Source of the DNA: a virus
Taxonomy: Duplodnaviria; Caudoviricetes
Virus record (IMG/VR): IMGVR_UViG_3300037483_000108
Location: 1-40,940 of that record
Reading direction: 5' to 3' (one strand)
DNA length: 40,940 bases
This document shows, piece by piece, positions 7,308-16,840 of this stretch (the first letter of the stretch is position 1; the number at the start of each line of letters is the position of its first letter). A model generated the notes under the pieces. That model was not told the DNA's origin. It did not search any database and saw nothing but the letters and a program-made list of their open reading frames with translations. Both the position numbers and the translations under genes were made by a program.

Positions 7308-7858
7308 AATCCTACCCTCTGCGCGAACCAGCCATAGACGAAACTTTCGTTTTCAGGCCGCCCCTCGGCGATCTCGATATACCGGGTTCCCTGCAAAGCA
7401 TTGAGCGCCCGCAACATAACCTTCTGACCCTCGACGCCCCGCCGGCTCATGTAAGCCTTGAGGTTCGCCACGGTCATCGGTCCGACCACCCCGTCGACGG
7501 TCAGGTCCGGGAAGTCCTGGCCCTGCCGGTTTAAAGCGTTCAGGGCGCGCTGTAGGAACCGACCAGAGACAGCCACGCCCATGTTCACCGCAGTATCGAA
7601 TAACTCCGCAGCGACCGCCCAGGACAGCGCAGCCACGTCGTTGAGTCGAAGCGTGTCCCAATACTGGGCTTTGTAGATTGCTCTTGCCTGGCCCTGGGTC
7701 AGCTCCTCCATTGGCCCGGTATAGCCGTTCGCTCGAGCTACAGCTTCGGTGATTCCCCAATTGGTCTTTCCGCCCCGGTCGTTCGGGTGATCGGAGTATC
7801 CACCCTCAACGGAGAGGACTTCCGAGAAGGCTTCGTCGAATGCGCTCATTCTTGTCAT
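7304..7858 (-). CDS. Endolysin, glycoside hydrolase family 108 with peptidoglycan-binding domain
   Basis: EGGYSDHPNDRGGKTNWGIT, FDTAVNMG, DGVVGPMT and FVYGW motifs. Confidence 0.95.
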   Translation of the reverse strand: MTRMSAFDEAFSEVLSVEGGYSDHPNDRGGKTNWGITEAVARANGYTGPMEELTQGQARAIYKAQYWDTLRLNDVAALSWAVAAELFDTAVNMGVAVSGRFLQRALNALNRQGQDFPDLTVDGVVGPMTVANLKAYMSRRGVEGQKVMLRALNALQGTRYIEIAEGRPENESFVYGWFAQRVGL

Positions 7859-7862
7859 CCCC

Positions 7863-8156
7863 TTAGTGCGGCCTACCCGATTGGATCATGTACGCCCCGG
7901 CCTTGTAGACAGCCGTCCCTATCGCGCTCAGGAAAGCGATAATCATCCATCCCGCCACCTGTCTACGGATGGCTTCCCATCGCTCCCTGCGCATCCTACG
8001 AGCCTCCACAAGCTCTTGAATAAACTCATGATGTGAATCGTGGTGCGTGAATATCCTGGCGGTCACACCGTCTATGATCCTAGCGATGTCCTCGTCTGAG
8101 AGTCGTACCATGCGTCTGTCCTGGCGTTTGGCGGGGATGGTGCTAATGTTTGTCAT
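7863..8156 (-). CDS. Lysis-cassette membrane protein (holin/antiholin-like)
   Basis: C-terminal TM helix; first gene of the lysis cluster; GAGGA RBS. Confidence 0.6.
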   Translation of the reverse strand: MTNISTIPAKRQDRRMVRLSDEDIARIIDGVTARIFTHHDSHHEFIQELVEARRMRRERWEAIRRQVAGWMIIAFLSAIGTAVYKAGAYMIQSGRPH

Positions 8157-8341
8157 AGCCGTTCCTCAGTTCGTTGGGGATTGGTTAGGGACCAGGGAGG
8201 GTCTTGAGCCCTCTCCTGGTTCCGCTTTCTCTTTGCTTCATACTGCGTTAATGGTATTAATGCGAACGCATGGGCGTTGGCCGCCTTGCTCGGGTGCGCT
8301 AATGGGCGGCTCTGTACTATTGACGTTTTGCGGCGATTACG

Positions 8342-9625
8342 ATGCGCGGAGCCAGTCCGGTGCGGACCCTTTATGTTCTAGGCATTCTCACCGTCTCTTT
8401 TGACGTATTTTTGGTGTTTAATCTCGGGTTCAATTTCCGAGCAGCGCAGATATTTCTAGCGGTTCCGATCCTCCTCGGGATGCTTAAGGCCGTTGATCGC
8501 ACCAAATGGCCGCTCGGGTTTACCGCTCTCATCGTCTGGTCAGTCTTTATCCTGGCCTTTATACCAAATACCGAATTTCTGATGAGAAGCGTCGGATATG
8601 GATTCTGGTTATTATTTAGCGTTGCTCTTGTCTTCGCCACCGTCCAGCTCTACTCCAGTGTCCTGATATTCACGCTGCTTCGGTGGTACATCTATTCTTT
8701 TTTCTTCGTCGGCCTGTTTGGACTTTTTCAATTTGCACTGCCCCTGGTCGGCATAACCCCGCCTCTTGTCGCTCAGTGGTGGATCCCTGGCATCCTGGCG
8801 CGAATCAATGGCTTCTCCTACGAGCCATCATACTTCGCCACCTACCTGATTATGGGCTGGGTGATGGTCATGTATCTGATGGAAAAGCGGCACTACTTCT
8901 TGCCGAAAAAACGCCTTCTCCTGATCGCCGTCATTTTAACGCTCGCCATTATCCTTTCTTCCTCGAGAATGGGGTTGGCGATGATGGGTCTGTGGGTTTT
9001 GCGTTACCCGCTCATTGCATTTGGACGGCTTCTGCTGCTCAAGACATCACGATATGCGCGTTATTCATTTGCGCTCGTCGGTGTATCTCTTGTCTTGCTT
9101 GGTGTTTTTGTCTCTGTCGGCGGATTAGAGGCACTCTTCTTACTGGAGGGAACGGGTATCGGTGACTCGTCGTCACATTCAGTCAGTGAAAGATGGCAGG
9201 GTTTGTCTGATGTTTTAGCCATATTTCACGCCAGTCCCATTGTTGGCTACAGTCTGGGCGGGCTTTCTCCTGCCATTGGCGCGCTCAATGATGTTGATGT
9301 GACGGACCTTGAGACCGCGAAGCAGTTCGAGGGGCTCGGCGTGTTTCCGCAGGTCCTCGCCGCGAGCGGTTTAATTGGGTTCATCCCTTTCGCGATGTAT
9401 ATCTTCGCTTTAGTTGTAAAACCTTATCGGCTCTCCGCCAATGTCCCCGAGAAGCTGCTGCTCAGGGCGCTTGTATATGCTTTGGTGTTTGAATTGCTGA
9501 TACTTCAATTCAACCAAAATATACTGAGGCCATATTTATGGCTACACATCGCGCTGCTGTCGGCGTTATACGCTCAATCTAGCCGTCATTTAAGTACAAT
9601 CAAAAAGATGCGCGCTCCTACTTAA
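8342..9625 (+). CDS. Wzy-like O-antigen polymerase / O-antigen ligase-family membrane protein (possible GTG start at 8360)
   Basis: About 10-12 hydrophobic segments; RINGFSYEPSYF, SSSRMG and SERW...PIVGYSLG motifs of the Wzy_C/WaaL type; opposite strand to the late genes. Confidence 0.8.
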   Translation: MRGASPVRTLYVLGILTVSFDVFLVFNLGFNFRAAQIFLAVPILLGMLKAVDRTKWPLGFTALIVWSVFILAFIPNTEFLMRSVGYGFWLLFSVALVFATVQLYSSVLIFTLLRWYIYSFFFVGLFGLFQFALPLVGITPPLVAQWWIPGILARINGFSYEPSYFATYLIMGWVMVMYLMEKRHYFLPKKRLLLIAVILTLAIILSSSRMGLAMMGLWVLRYPLIAFGRLLLLKTSRYARYSFALVGVSLVLLGVFVSVGGLEALFLLEGTGIGDSSSHSVSERWQGLSDVLAIFHASPIVGYSLGGLSPAIGALNDVDVTDLETAKQFEGLGVFPQVLAASGLIGFIPFAMYIFALVVKPYRLSANVPEKLLLRALVYALVFELLILQFNQNILRPYLWLHIALLSALYAQSSRHLSTIKKMRAPT

Positions 9626-11517
9626 AGTGTTCCGTATGCCGTCAGCATCCACGCCGACCCGTCGTATTCCACTTCGCACCATTGACCAGCCGTTAGCGCC
9701 TTGAGCGGGCCGGTGCCGACGTTCAGGTTAAAGGCTCCTGTAGCCGCCGCTGTGCGGACAACTTTGAACCGTGCGCCGTTGTACGCGCCCGCCACGGAAA
9801 GCGTGACGGCACGATCTGCCGTTAGGATCGTGTTCCACTGAACAGTGGATTCCGAGGTGCCGAGCGTCAATGTCGCCGCAGCGTCTCCCTTGTCGGCAGA
9901 AACCGAGAGGGTATCTATGCCTCGGCGGACGCTAGCGAGCGTGAGATAGAGGGCGATGGTGTCGTACTCCATCATGCCGCTGGGCGGCGAAGTCATAATG
10001 GAGGCGCCGGCCTGGAACCAGAACGGGCCGCCCTGATTAGTGCTTGGCTCCAGGAGATGAGCACCGTTTACGTCGTACTCTTGGAATGCGCCGATAACAT
10101 GTCCTGCGGTGGGTGAACGACTCGTGCAACCGATTAGGCGGACATTGGTCGCGCCATCTCCGCCATAGCTGTAGGCCGGGCCGTCCTCGACGTGACAGTG
10201 ACGAACGAGGATGTTGTCGCCGCTGATGAAGGCAAATCCGCGCGTCGCGGTGCAGTCGTAGACCTTGCAGCCGATCAACTCGATATTGCGGAGATCAGTA
10301 CCACCCGTGGCGGCGGTGTTCTCGACTGAGAAACCTGCGGTATTGGAACCGATACTGATGCAGTTCTTCAGTGTCGCGCCGTCTGTTTGATAGGTGGCGT
10401 CAGTGACCTCAACGCGGAAATAGGCAACCTTGCCTGCGGTCTTTGCCCTGGCGATAGTGTTCCGTGCGCTGCTGTAGCGACAATGGTTTACCGGGGCTGT
10501 GGCGCCGGCTTTCAAGATGACGGAAGTACCATCCATGTCCTCGGCATAACAGCTCTCGACTTCTCCGTATGAGCAGCGCAGCACGAAGCCGTGGTAGAAC
10601 TTGTAAGCGTTGATGCGCTCCATCTTCACGCCTTCACCGCCTTGGGCAATACAGGCATGCGTGGAGCCGCTGGCGGTCCCCCTGCCTAATATCGTCAGGT
10701 CGTGCCACCAGAAATCGAGGCGATCTGTGTCGGTAGCAGAACCTCCAAAGAGGCCATCAGCATCGACCGTGCCGGATTGGTCGATACCCAACCAACCTAT
10801 CTCGACACCTTGCGCGTAGGACGAGATATAGCCCTTGATGATAGTTCCACCAACTAGGATTGTGCCGTTATATCTCGGTTTACCTGAGCCGATAACGCGG
10901 ATGGATTTGTTGATGACGATGTCGCCGAGGAAATCACCCTCTTGGAGTTCGAGCGTTCCTCCCGTAGGTGTGGCTGCAACCGCTGAGGCGAATGTGGTCG
11001 TGTTGTCGGTAATTCCACCAGTGACCAGACCGAACCACTTCCCGAGAATTGCGCCTTCATAATGCCGCTTCCACCTCCCCGTCCCTGCATATCCCGTGGG
11101 GAGAATGGTGATACCGCCATCGTCTGCATCTGTGCTTGAAGCATCCCAGTAGAACTCTCCACCACCACCATCGCCTGCGGTGGTGTAGCCGAGGACAGTT
11201 ATGCGAGTGTTGGAGGTTGTGGGAGTGCCCGCAGCACGAAGAGCGGCGATAGAGGCAACGGTGGGATCGTCCAGGAGAACCGCACTAAGCGTGACCGTGG
11301 TATACCCGATCTTGCTAAGCACTAACGAGTACGTGCCGTTAGGTGCGTAGAACTCGAAATAGCCCGATCCGTCAGTGGTCAACGGATTGGTAGTCGTGGT
11401 CCCGCTGTTATCGCCGTAGATTGTTGCGGCTCCACCTGCACTTGTTTTGACCGAGACCGAGGCAGCGGTGATCCGGTTTCCCTGTTCGTCCAGGAAGTAG
11501 TTAAAGTATTTTTGCAT
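9622..11517 (-). CDS. Tailspike / receptor-binding depolymerase (beta-helix)
   Basis: GYTTAGDGGGGEFYWD, WFG..GG.TDNT and LQEGDFL motifs that precede pectate-lyase-like beta-helices; N-terminal anchor domain. Confidence 0.85.
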   Translation of the reverse strand: MQKYFNYFLDEQGNRITAASVSVKTSAGGAATIYGDNSGTTTTNPLTTDGSGYFEFYAPNGTYSLVLSKIGYTTVTLSAVLLDDPTVASIAALRAAGTPTTSNTRITVLGYTTAGDGGGGEFYWDASSTDADDGGITILPTGYAGTGRWKRHYEGAILGKWFGLVTGGITDNTTTFASAVAATPTGGTLELQEGDFLGDIVINKSIRVIGSGKPRYNGTILVGGTIIKGYISSYAQGVEIGWLGIDQSGTVDADGLFGGSATDTDRLDFWWHDLTILGRGTASGSTHACIAQGGEGVKMERINAYKFYHGFVLRCSYGEVESCYAEDMDGTSVILKAGATAPVNHCRYSSARNTIARAKTAGKVAYFRVEVTDATYQTDGATLKNCISIGSNTAGFSVENTAATGGTDLRNIELIGCKVYDCTATRGFAFISGDNILVRHCHVEDGPAYSYGGDGATNVRLIGCTSRSPTAGHVIGAFQEYDVNGAHLLEPSTNQGGPFWFQAGASIMTSPPSGMMEYDTIALYLTLASVRRGIDTLSVSADKGDAAATLTLGTSESTVQWNTILTADRAVTLSVAGAYNGARFKVVRTAAATGAFNLNVGTGPLKALTAGQWCEVEYDGSAWMLTAYGTL

Positions 11518-12773
11518 TAGAGCTTCACCATCACGTTGAAGAATGAAGACGGCTGCATGTTGGCGTGCGCGTCGCCAGACCCAGAATTTGTAGTGCCTCC
11601 GTTGTTAACTGTTCTTAATGTGGTCGCGACGTTGCCGTGCGTTTCCAGAGCTCCATAGAAATTGGAATTTGTCGAATCCATCGCATCGCTGGCCTGGAAC
11701 GTATGAGAATGCGTCGGCATTTCCGCCGTGGTAAGCGTGTGCGTTTCCGCGCCGAGGTACTCGCCCAAGACTCTGGCGGTAAGAGTTGCCCCCGTACCGG
11801 AGACAGCGAGTGCGCGACCTAACGTCCTAGGTAGTGTGATTGTCTTATTGGCCGCGTAATCCGCAGCCGCACTCGCGCCTCTGCCAGTAGAGACAGGCGC
11901 CCAAGTGTCGATGATGTTGGTCCACAGCAGGGTAAACAACGCTTCGGTATCTGCGTTTGCGCGGGTCGTGCCCCCCGACGCGGCATTACCGATGGTGCCG
12001 TCATTCATCATTACCCATGACGTATCGGCTACGGTTTTGAACGTTAGCTTTACGTCGCCCGTAGACCACGCGGCGTAGGTTCCACTGGGCGCTGCGTTGA
12101 TTACTGGCCCCGCAGAAAACGTCATTACGCCGGAGACGGCATTCGCCCCGGAAAACGTATTGGCACCAGAATGCGTGTTATTTCCGGCAAAAGTCAGGTT
12201 ATCGCCTAATGCCAAAGTGTCGGTGATAAACCCCGTCGCTGCCGCATTGACGATAATGCGGAATGCTTCGTTTGGCCTGATGGTGTAATTAGCGACCGTG
12301 CCGTTGATTGAATCGCCCACATTCGCTCTGGCCAGCGTGATATTGGCAATGCCGGTATTGCGGATATAGACGTACCAGCCCGATCCTAGTGTGACCGCGC
12401 TGGTCAGCGTGAGCGTAATGGACCCGGACGCTTCGATGGTGTTGAGGTTGTGCGAAGCGGCTAGAGTGGTATTGGCGGTGATGGCGGAGACTGTGGAATT
12501 AGCAACGGGATTAACGTTCGGTTGCGTGAAAATAAGAACGTCGAGCGAGTCGTAAATCTTGAGGTCCGCGTTACCCTCGAAGTAGATTGAGGCACGACCT
12601 GCGGTGTCGAAGATGACGGGATTGGTGTTAGCGACAGAGAGCGCCGAGTCACTGTATGTCGTTTTAGCAGTCGCTGTTCCGGGTTCGTAGAAGTAAGCCT
12701 TGCCGCCCGAGTTGGGGGAGCTGTCATCTTTAAGGGAAAGGGCATTTCCCAAAGTAAAGTGAAATACGGCCAA
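11517..12773 (-). CDS. Tail fibre with tail-collar-like C-terminal domain
   Basis: TGDVK...W.MMNDGTIG...LF...LP...GRA...GAETHTLTTAEMPTHSH...HANMQPS collar motif; TTG start after GGAGG. Confidence 0.85.
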   Translation of the reverse strand: MAVFHFTLGNALSLKDDSSPNSGGKAYFYEPGTATAKTTYSDSALSVANTNPVIFDTAGRASIYFEGNADLKIYDSLDVLIFTQPNVNPVANSTVSAITANTTLAASHNLNTIEASGSITLTLTSAVTLGSGWYVYIRNTGIANITLARANVGDSINGTVANYTIRPNEAFRIIVNAAATGFITDTLALGDNLTFAGNNTHSGANTFSGANAVSGVMTFSAGPVINAAPSGTYAAWSTGDVKLTFKTVADTSWVMMNDGTIGNAASGGTTRANADTEALFTLLWTNIIDTWAPVSTGRGASAAADYAANKTITLPRTLGRALAVSGTGATLTARVLGEYLGAETHTLTTAEMPTHSHTFQASDAMDSTNSNFYGALETHGNVATTLRTVNNGGTTNSGSGDAHANMQPSSFFNVMVKL

Positions 12774-12898
12774 AGTAGACCTCCGCGCCGTCTCACGACG
12801 GTGCTAAGTGGTTGAATATCTTGTTAAAGAAAATGGCTTATAGCCGTCCGCTATAGGACCGACTTATACTTTTGCGAAAAGGAGAGGGAACCGTTGGT

Positions 12899-12994
12899 AT
12901 GGCCCTAGAAGCCTATTACTTGCCGTGGCTATTTGTGGCTCAATTGCTGATTTGGTGGTTCTTCTTTGGCCGGAGAAACAAATGGCTCAGATAA
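12899..12994 (+). CDS. 31-aa single-TM peptide (MALEAYYLPWLFVAQLLIWWFFFGRRNKWLR)
   Basis: AGGAGAGGG RBS; upstream TATACT -10 at 12865; TM helix followed by a basic tail; not in the ORF track. Confidence 0.55.
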   Translation: MALEAYYLPWLFVAQLLIWWFFFGRRNKWLR

Positions 12995-13104
12995 TAGGCA
13001 TCATTCTTTATATGATGTTCATAGTCGCGCTTGCTTCCGTCGCGCCGCTGCCTGTTGTTCTATTCTTCCTCGCCGCCGGGTTGATCGGCGCTGTCATCGG
13101 ATAG
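12982..13104 (+). CDS. 40-aa fully hydrophobic peptide (MAQIIGIILYMMFIVALASVAPLPVVLFFLAAGLIGAVIG)
   Basis: GGAGA RBS; overlaps the previous peptide and the 3' end of the opposite-strand ejection gene. Confidence 0.45.
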   Translation: MAQIIGIILYMMFIVALASVAPLPVVLFFLAAGLIGAVIG

Positions 13105-15126
13105 CTCACGCTTCGCGGCCAGGATTTCAACCACGAGCAACTGGGCCTTCTTTGAGTACGGCTCAAGCTGAGCGAGTCGCATCATCTTTTCCACTGAATC
13201 CGGGGCCGTGAAGACCTCCGCCAGATTCCGATAGGCCCGGCGGTTCACCATGTCTCGAATCCACTTCGCAACCGGCGACAACGGGCTTGTCGATACGGAT
13301 TCGAGCGCGCCGGCTGTAATGCTCCTGCTCGCCATCGCGCCGGCCTGCAACCTGCCTGCGGTCTGCGATCCGATGCCGGGCACCTTGCCGGTTCTCTCCA
13401 GAACGTCCATCAACACCCGCGTGCCACGCTTCAATTGCGCCGGGTTGACGTTGTGGGACTGGGCAACGCCGCTCATGACCTCCATCACGTTTTTACGCTG
13501 TTGGTCGGTGCCGAAGACTTCCTTGACGAAGTTCGCGCCCATCATCCGGTTGTCGCCGGACTGAATACGTTGGGTCGCTTGATCAAAAGCGTTTTCCAGG
13601 TAGAGCCTTGCCACGCCGGGAAATGCCGTCTTGTCCACCGCGTTCAACTCTCTATAGACCTTGCGGATTGTCTCAGGGCGGACGTTCTTCGGATCTGAGA
13701 GCGTGGAGACAACGCGACTGAGCGGCGGGGTGAGTTGGGGATCGTATCCCTTGCCCGCGATCTTGCCGATATCGCCCTGCATGAGCGGATCAACAATCTC
13801 TTGAGACTGGCGCGCATAGGCCGCCCGGCCTGCTGCAAGGTTCTTGCTGGACTTCTGCATATACCTATCGAGATCGCTAAGAATCGGCGCCACGGTGCCC
13901 TTGATTTTACGCTGTGGTGAGGTTGAGCCCACCAACGGGGCGTCCAGCATTTCCTTGAACTCGCCGTGAAGATTGTCCAACCGTCCGACATTAGTCTCCG
14001 GCACGCCGTCTGGCATCAGCCTCGCTTTCAACTCAAGCAGAGTTTTCCCTGATTCACTTTCCGCACCGACACGGGTCACGGTCTTATCTATTTTGTTTCC
14101 CAGTGTTTTGATGGCCCCTTCTGGAACCATGTCCTTTTCCGCCGCCTCGTAGAATTTGCGCACGGAACGGGTACGGGCCTTCTCTGCTGATTTGACGACC
14201 GTGGTTGCTGCTTTCTGGGCTTTGGTCAATGCCCCGGATGGGGCTTCTGGCGTGCTGACCTGCTCGAGTAGACCACCCACTGCCTCGCGCACCTTACCGG
14301 GGCGTTGTTCCAACACTTCGCCGATAGCGCGCGCGCCGGTCTTAGATGCCATCGTATCAGACGCAAGTTGCTGCACTGGGCCTTGCGGCAAGGTCTCCGG
14401 CCCCATGAGGGGAACGCCGGCCTGCTGCGCTTGTTTTTGGATGACTTGTGCCCTCGCCCAATCTTCGGGAGACACGTCTTGCGTGGCTTCGCGTATCATC
14501 TCGCCGGCATTACGACGCATGGCCAAAGGAATGCCTACTATCCCAGATCCAACGAGCGCGCCGGCCACACGGCCTACAGGGCTGCCGCCGGTCAAGTCAG
14601 AACCAACCTCCCCACCCACACCACCTGCTGCGCCTGTCGCCATCATGTAGGGAATGGCCGCAGCGGGGCCTACAGCGGCACCAGTGGCGCCTCGTGTTGC
14701 CGCACCGACATACCGCCCCGGTGTGGTCTGCGGGTCGTACAGATCGACTCCCGTGACTCCCTCTGCTGCGCTCTCGATGTCTTGAGAGCCCAAGGGAATG
14801 CGGACACGTTGACCGGGGGCATATTCCTTGCCCGTGAAGACATGTAGGAGCTTTCTGGCCGTCGCATCCGCCAAGTCATCCAAGAGGTTGGTGATGTCAG
14901 CCGGCGCGCCTGCAACGTCCATAACACCCCGAGCGGCTGCGGACGGAATGGCTTTGGCAATGTCCGCGAGCTTGGATATCTTGGCCTTCGGAAACGCCTG
15001 CTGTAGACGTGTCAGTTTTGATTCGGTGTCAGAAGACCCTTCCAGTTGACTCAGAATCGCCGGATCGGTGACAGGACGCGGTCCTTCCAGTGCCTCCAAC
15101 AATGCCGGGTCAGTTACAGGCTTCAT
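13060..15126 (-). CDS. DNA ejection (internal virion) protein, P22 gp16-like position
   Basis: 688 aa Ala/Gly-rich; N-terminal PVTDPA repeats; third of three genes after the tail hub. Confidence 0.7.
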   Translation of the reverse strand: MKPVTDPALLEALEGPRPVTDPAILSQLEGSSDTESKLTRLQQAFPKAKISKLADIAKAIPSAAARGVMDVAGAPADITNLLDDLADATARKLLHVFTGKEYAPGQRVRIPLGSQDIESAAEGVTGVDLYDPQTTPGRYVGAATRGATGAAVGPAAAIPYMMATGAAGGVGGEVGSDLTGGSPVGRVAGALVGSGIVGIPLAMRRNAGEMIREATQDVSPEDWARAQVIQKQAQQAGVPLMGPETLPQGPVQQLASDTMASKTGARAIGEVLEQRPGKVREAVGGLLEQVSTPEAPSGALTKAQKAATTVVKSAEKARTRSVRKFYEAAEKDMVPEGAIKTLGNKIDKTVTRVGAESESGKTLLELKARLMPDGVPETNVGRLDNLHGEFKEMLDAPLVGSTSPQRKIKGTVAPILSDLDRYMQKSSKNLAAGRAAYARQSQEIVDPLMQGDIGKIAGKGYDPQLTPPLSRVVSTLSDPKNVRPETIRKVYRELNAVDKTAFPGVARLYLENAFDQATQRIQSGDNRMMGANFVKEVFGTDQQRKNVMEVMSGVAQSHNVNPAQLKRGTRVLMDVLERTGKVPGIGSQTAGRLQAGAMASRSITAGALESVSTSPLSPVAKWIRDMVNRRAYRNLAEVFTAPDSVEKMMRLAQLEPYSKKAQLLVVEILAAKRELSDDSADQPGGEEE

Positions 15127-16274
15127 TATTCAAACCATTGACCATTCTGTTTGATGTACGTGACGCCGTTTATAACCCTGGTCTGCTGGGATTGTGGTTG
15201 AGGCACGGCAGGAGATTGGGTCTGCGCCGCCTGTACCCATTTCTTCATGGACTGATCGTCAAAGATGGATGTTCGACCCGGCCCAGACTCCCAGGATTCT
15301 TGTGCGCCATCCAACGAACCCCCACGACGGCGATAACTAAGCAAAAAGTTGCGATATTCCTGATCGCGCTTCGCCTGCGCTTCTGTCACGTCCAAGATAA
15401 ACTCGTTCGCTTCCGGCGTGTTCCCGAGCTTGGCAAAGGTTTGCTCCAAGCGTCTCGCGTCGTTCTCCGTCTGCGGGCCTTTCTGGGCCATCTGACGATC
15501 TAATACGACTTGCTGACCGATCGCGGTAAACGACTGCGCTGTCGCCGGGTTATCGAGCCCAAATTGCTTCGGGTCTCCACCAAGTGCAGATACCCATGAT
15601 GCCGCTTCCGTCGCCGCAGGCGCGAGCTTGCCAGTCTTCACTTTGAGCCGGCGCATGGCGTCCACTGCTTGGCGGGCTTTGGTCGCGGCAAAGGCGCGCT
15701 CCTCAGCGGGCTTCAATACGCTGTCGATGAGATATTTGCCGTATCCCTTGGACTCTTCCTTCTCCATCGTGTTGCCGAGATTCACCAACGCCTGTTGTGG
15801 GCGTGGCTGAATCATCCCCGTGATTCGGTTGCCGGACAGGTCGTAGGTGTTGCCCGCGTCGTCGGTCCGGAAGAACACCTCTTTTCCATTCATGACGCCA
15901 GGTTTTGCCTCGCCGAGATTCGGACGTAATGCTTTGGCAATTTGGGACCGCTTCAACAGCCCGCCTAATTCACGGTCTGCAAGCTGCTGCTCAAGCTGCA
16001 TCGCCTCCGGCCCATAGCCTTGCTGATACATCCGGGCTATAGCATTTCCCGAATCGAATCCGCCTGGCTTCGCCTCTTGGGCAACATTGCCTTGCAACCC
16101 CTGCATGCCGAACAATTGTTCCTCGTCGGTCTGGAATGGAACCTCTGCTTGCGGTGCCTGATAGGCTTGGGAGAGGATCTCGGCGATCTTGTTTTGCTTT
16201 CTCTTCGCCTTGATCCCCTGGCCGGACTCGTATCCGACATCGAACGATTTCGCGACATCCGAGCCCCAGCTCAT
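15126..16274 (-). CDS. DNA ejection protein, P22 gp20-like position
   Basis: Helical Gln/Ala-rich protein; GPQTENDA motif; synteny. Confidence 0.65.
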   Translation of the reverse strand: MSWGSDVAKSFDVGYESGQGIKAKRKQNKIAEILSQAYQAPQAEVPFQTDEEQLFGMQGLQGNVAQEAKPGGFDSGNAIARMYQQGYGPEAMQLEQQLADRELGGLLKRSQIAKALRPNLGEAKPGVMNGKEVFFRTDDAGNTYDLSGNRITGMIQPRPQQALVNLGNTMEKEESKGYGKYLIDSVLKPAEERAFAATKARQAVDAMRRLKVKTGKLAPAATEAASWVSALGGDPKQFGLDNPATAQSFTAIGQQVVLDRQMAQKGPQTENDARRLEQTFAKLGNTPEANEFILDVTEAQAKRDQEYRNFLLSYRRRGGSLDGAQESWESGPGRTSIFDDQSMKKWVQAAQTQSPAVPQPQSQQTRVINGVTYIKQNGQWFE

Positions 16275-16831
16275 CAGCCCATCCCCGCGATCTTGCCGCC
16301 GATATTCGCGCCCAGATCAAGATAACCCTGGTAGCGACTCTGTCTTGCTTTGCCCTTCTCGGCTTCCAGCCCGGCCAACGCGCTGCCTTCACCGATAGCA
16401 AGATCAGCGGCGGTCAATGTCGGCTGATAGCCGAATTGCGCCAGCCCCAACTTGCGATTGAGGATGTCGTTATATTTCGACATGCCGTAGTCTTGTCCGT
16501 ACTGCATCGACTCTTTCAACGCACGTCCAGAGAGTGCCCGATTTCGGGCCGCGGCTGAATTCTCCAACGCGGTCATTCCCTGACCATAGCCGAACTTGTA
16601 CGTCGGGTCACCCAAGACAGCTTGGGTCGGGTCGCCGGTCGTGAACTGGCGAAGGTCTGCAAGAGTTTGTGTGCCGTAGTCCTGCCAAGGCTGTAGGGAC
16701 TGACGCGCCCCACCATATGCGGAGCCAATCCGGCCCATCGCTTGGCCAATACCCTGCTCTCCCGATTTCAGTCCGCCAAAGAGCTTTTTGCCGAGGTCAA
16801 GACCACTGAACGCGCTCGAAAATGAAGCCAT
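16274..16831 (-). CDS. DNA ejection protein, P22 gp7-like
   Basis: LQPW...G, DPTYKF..QG..ALENSAAAR..LSG.ALK...YGQ motif typical of gp7-like proteins. Confidence 0.75.
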   Translation of the reverse strand: MASFSSAFSGLDLGKKLFGGLKSGEQGIGQAMGRIGSAYGGARQSLQPWQDYGTQTLADLRQFTTGDPTQAVLGDPTYKFGYGQGMTALENSAAARNRALSGRALKESMQYGQDYGMSKYNDILNRKLGLAQFGYQPTLTAADLAIGEGSALAGLEAEKGKARQSRYQGYLDLGANIGGKIAGMG

Positions 16832-16840
16832 GTTATTTCC

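Noticed and set aside
6921-8156. Spanin genes in the lysis cassette
   Set aside because: No lipobox-bearing or nested Rz/Rz1-like ORF could be recognised
9622-12773. Diversity-generating retroelement or invertible tail-fibre switch
   Set aside because: No reverse transcriptase, no invertase and no template/variable repeat pair seen
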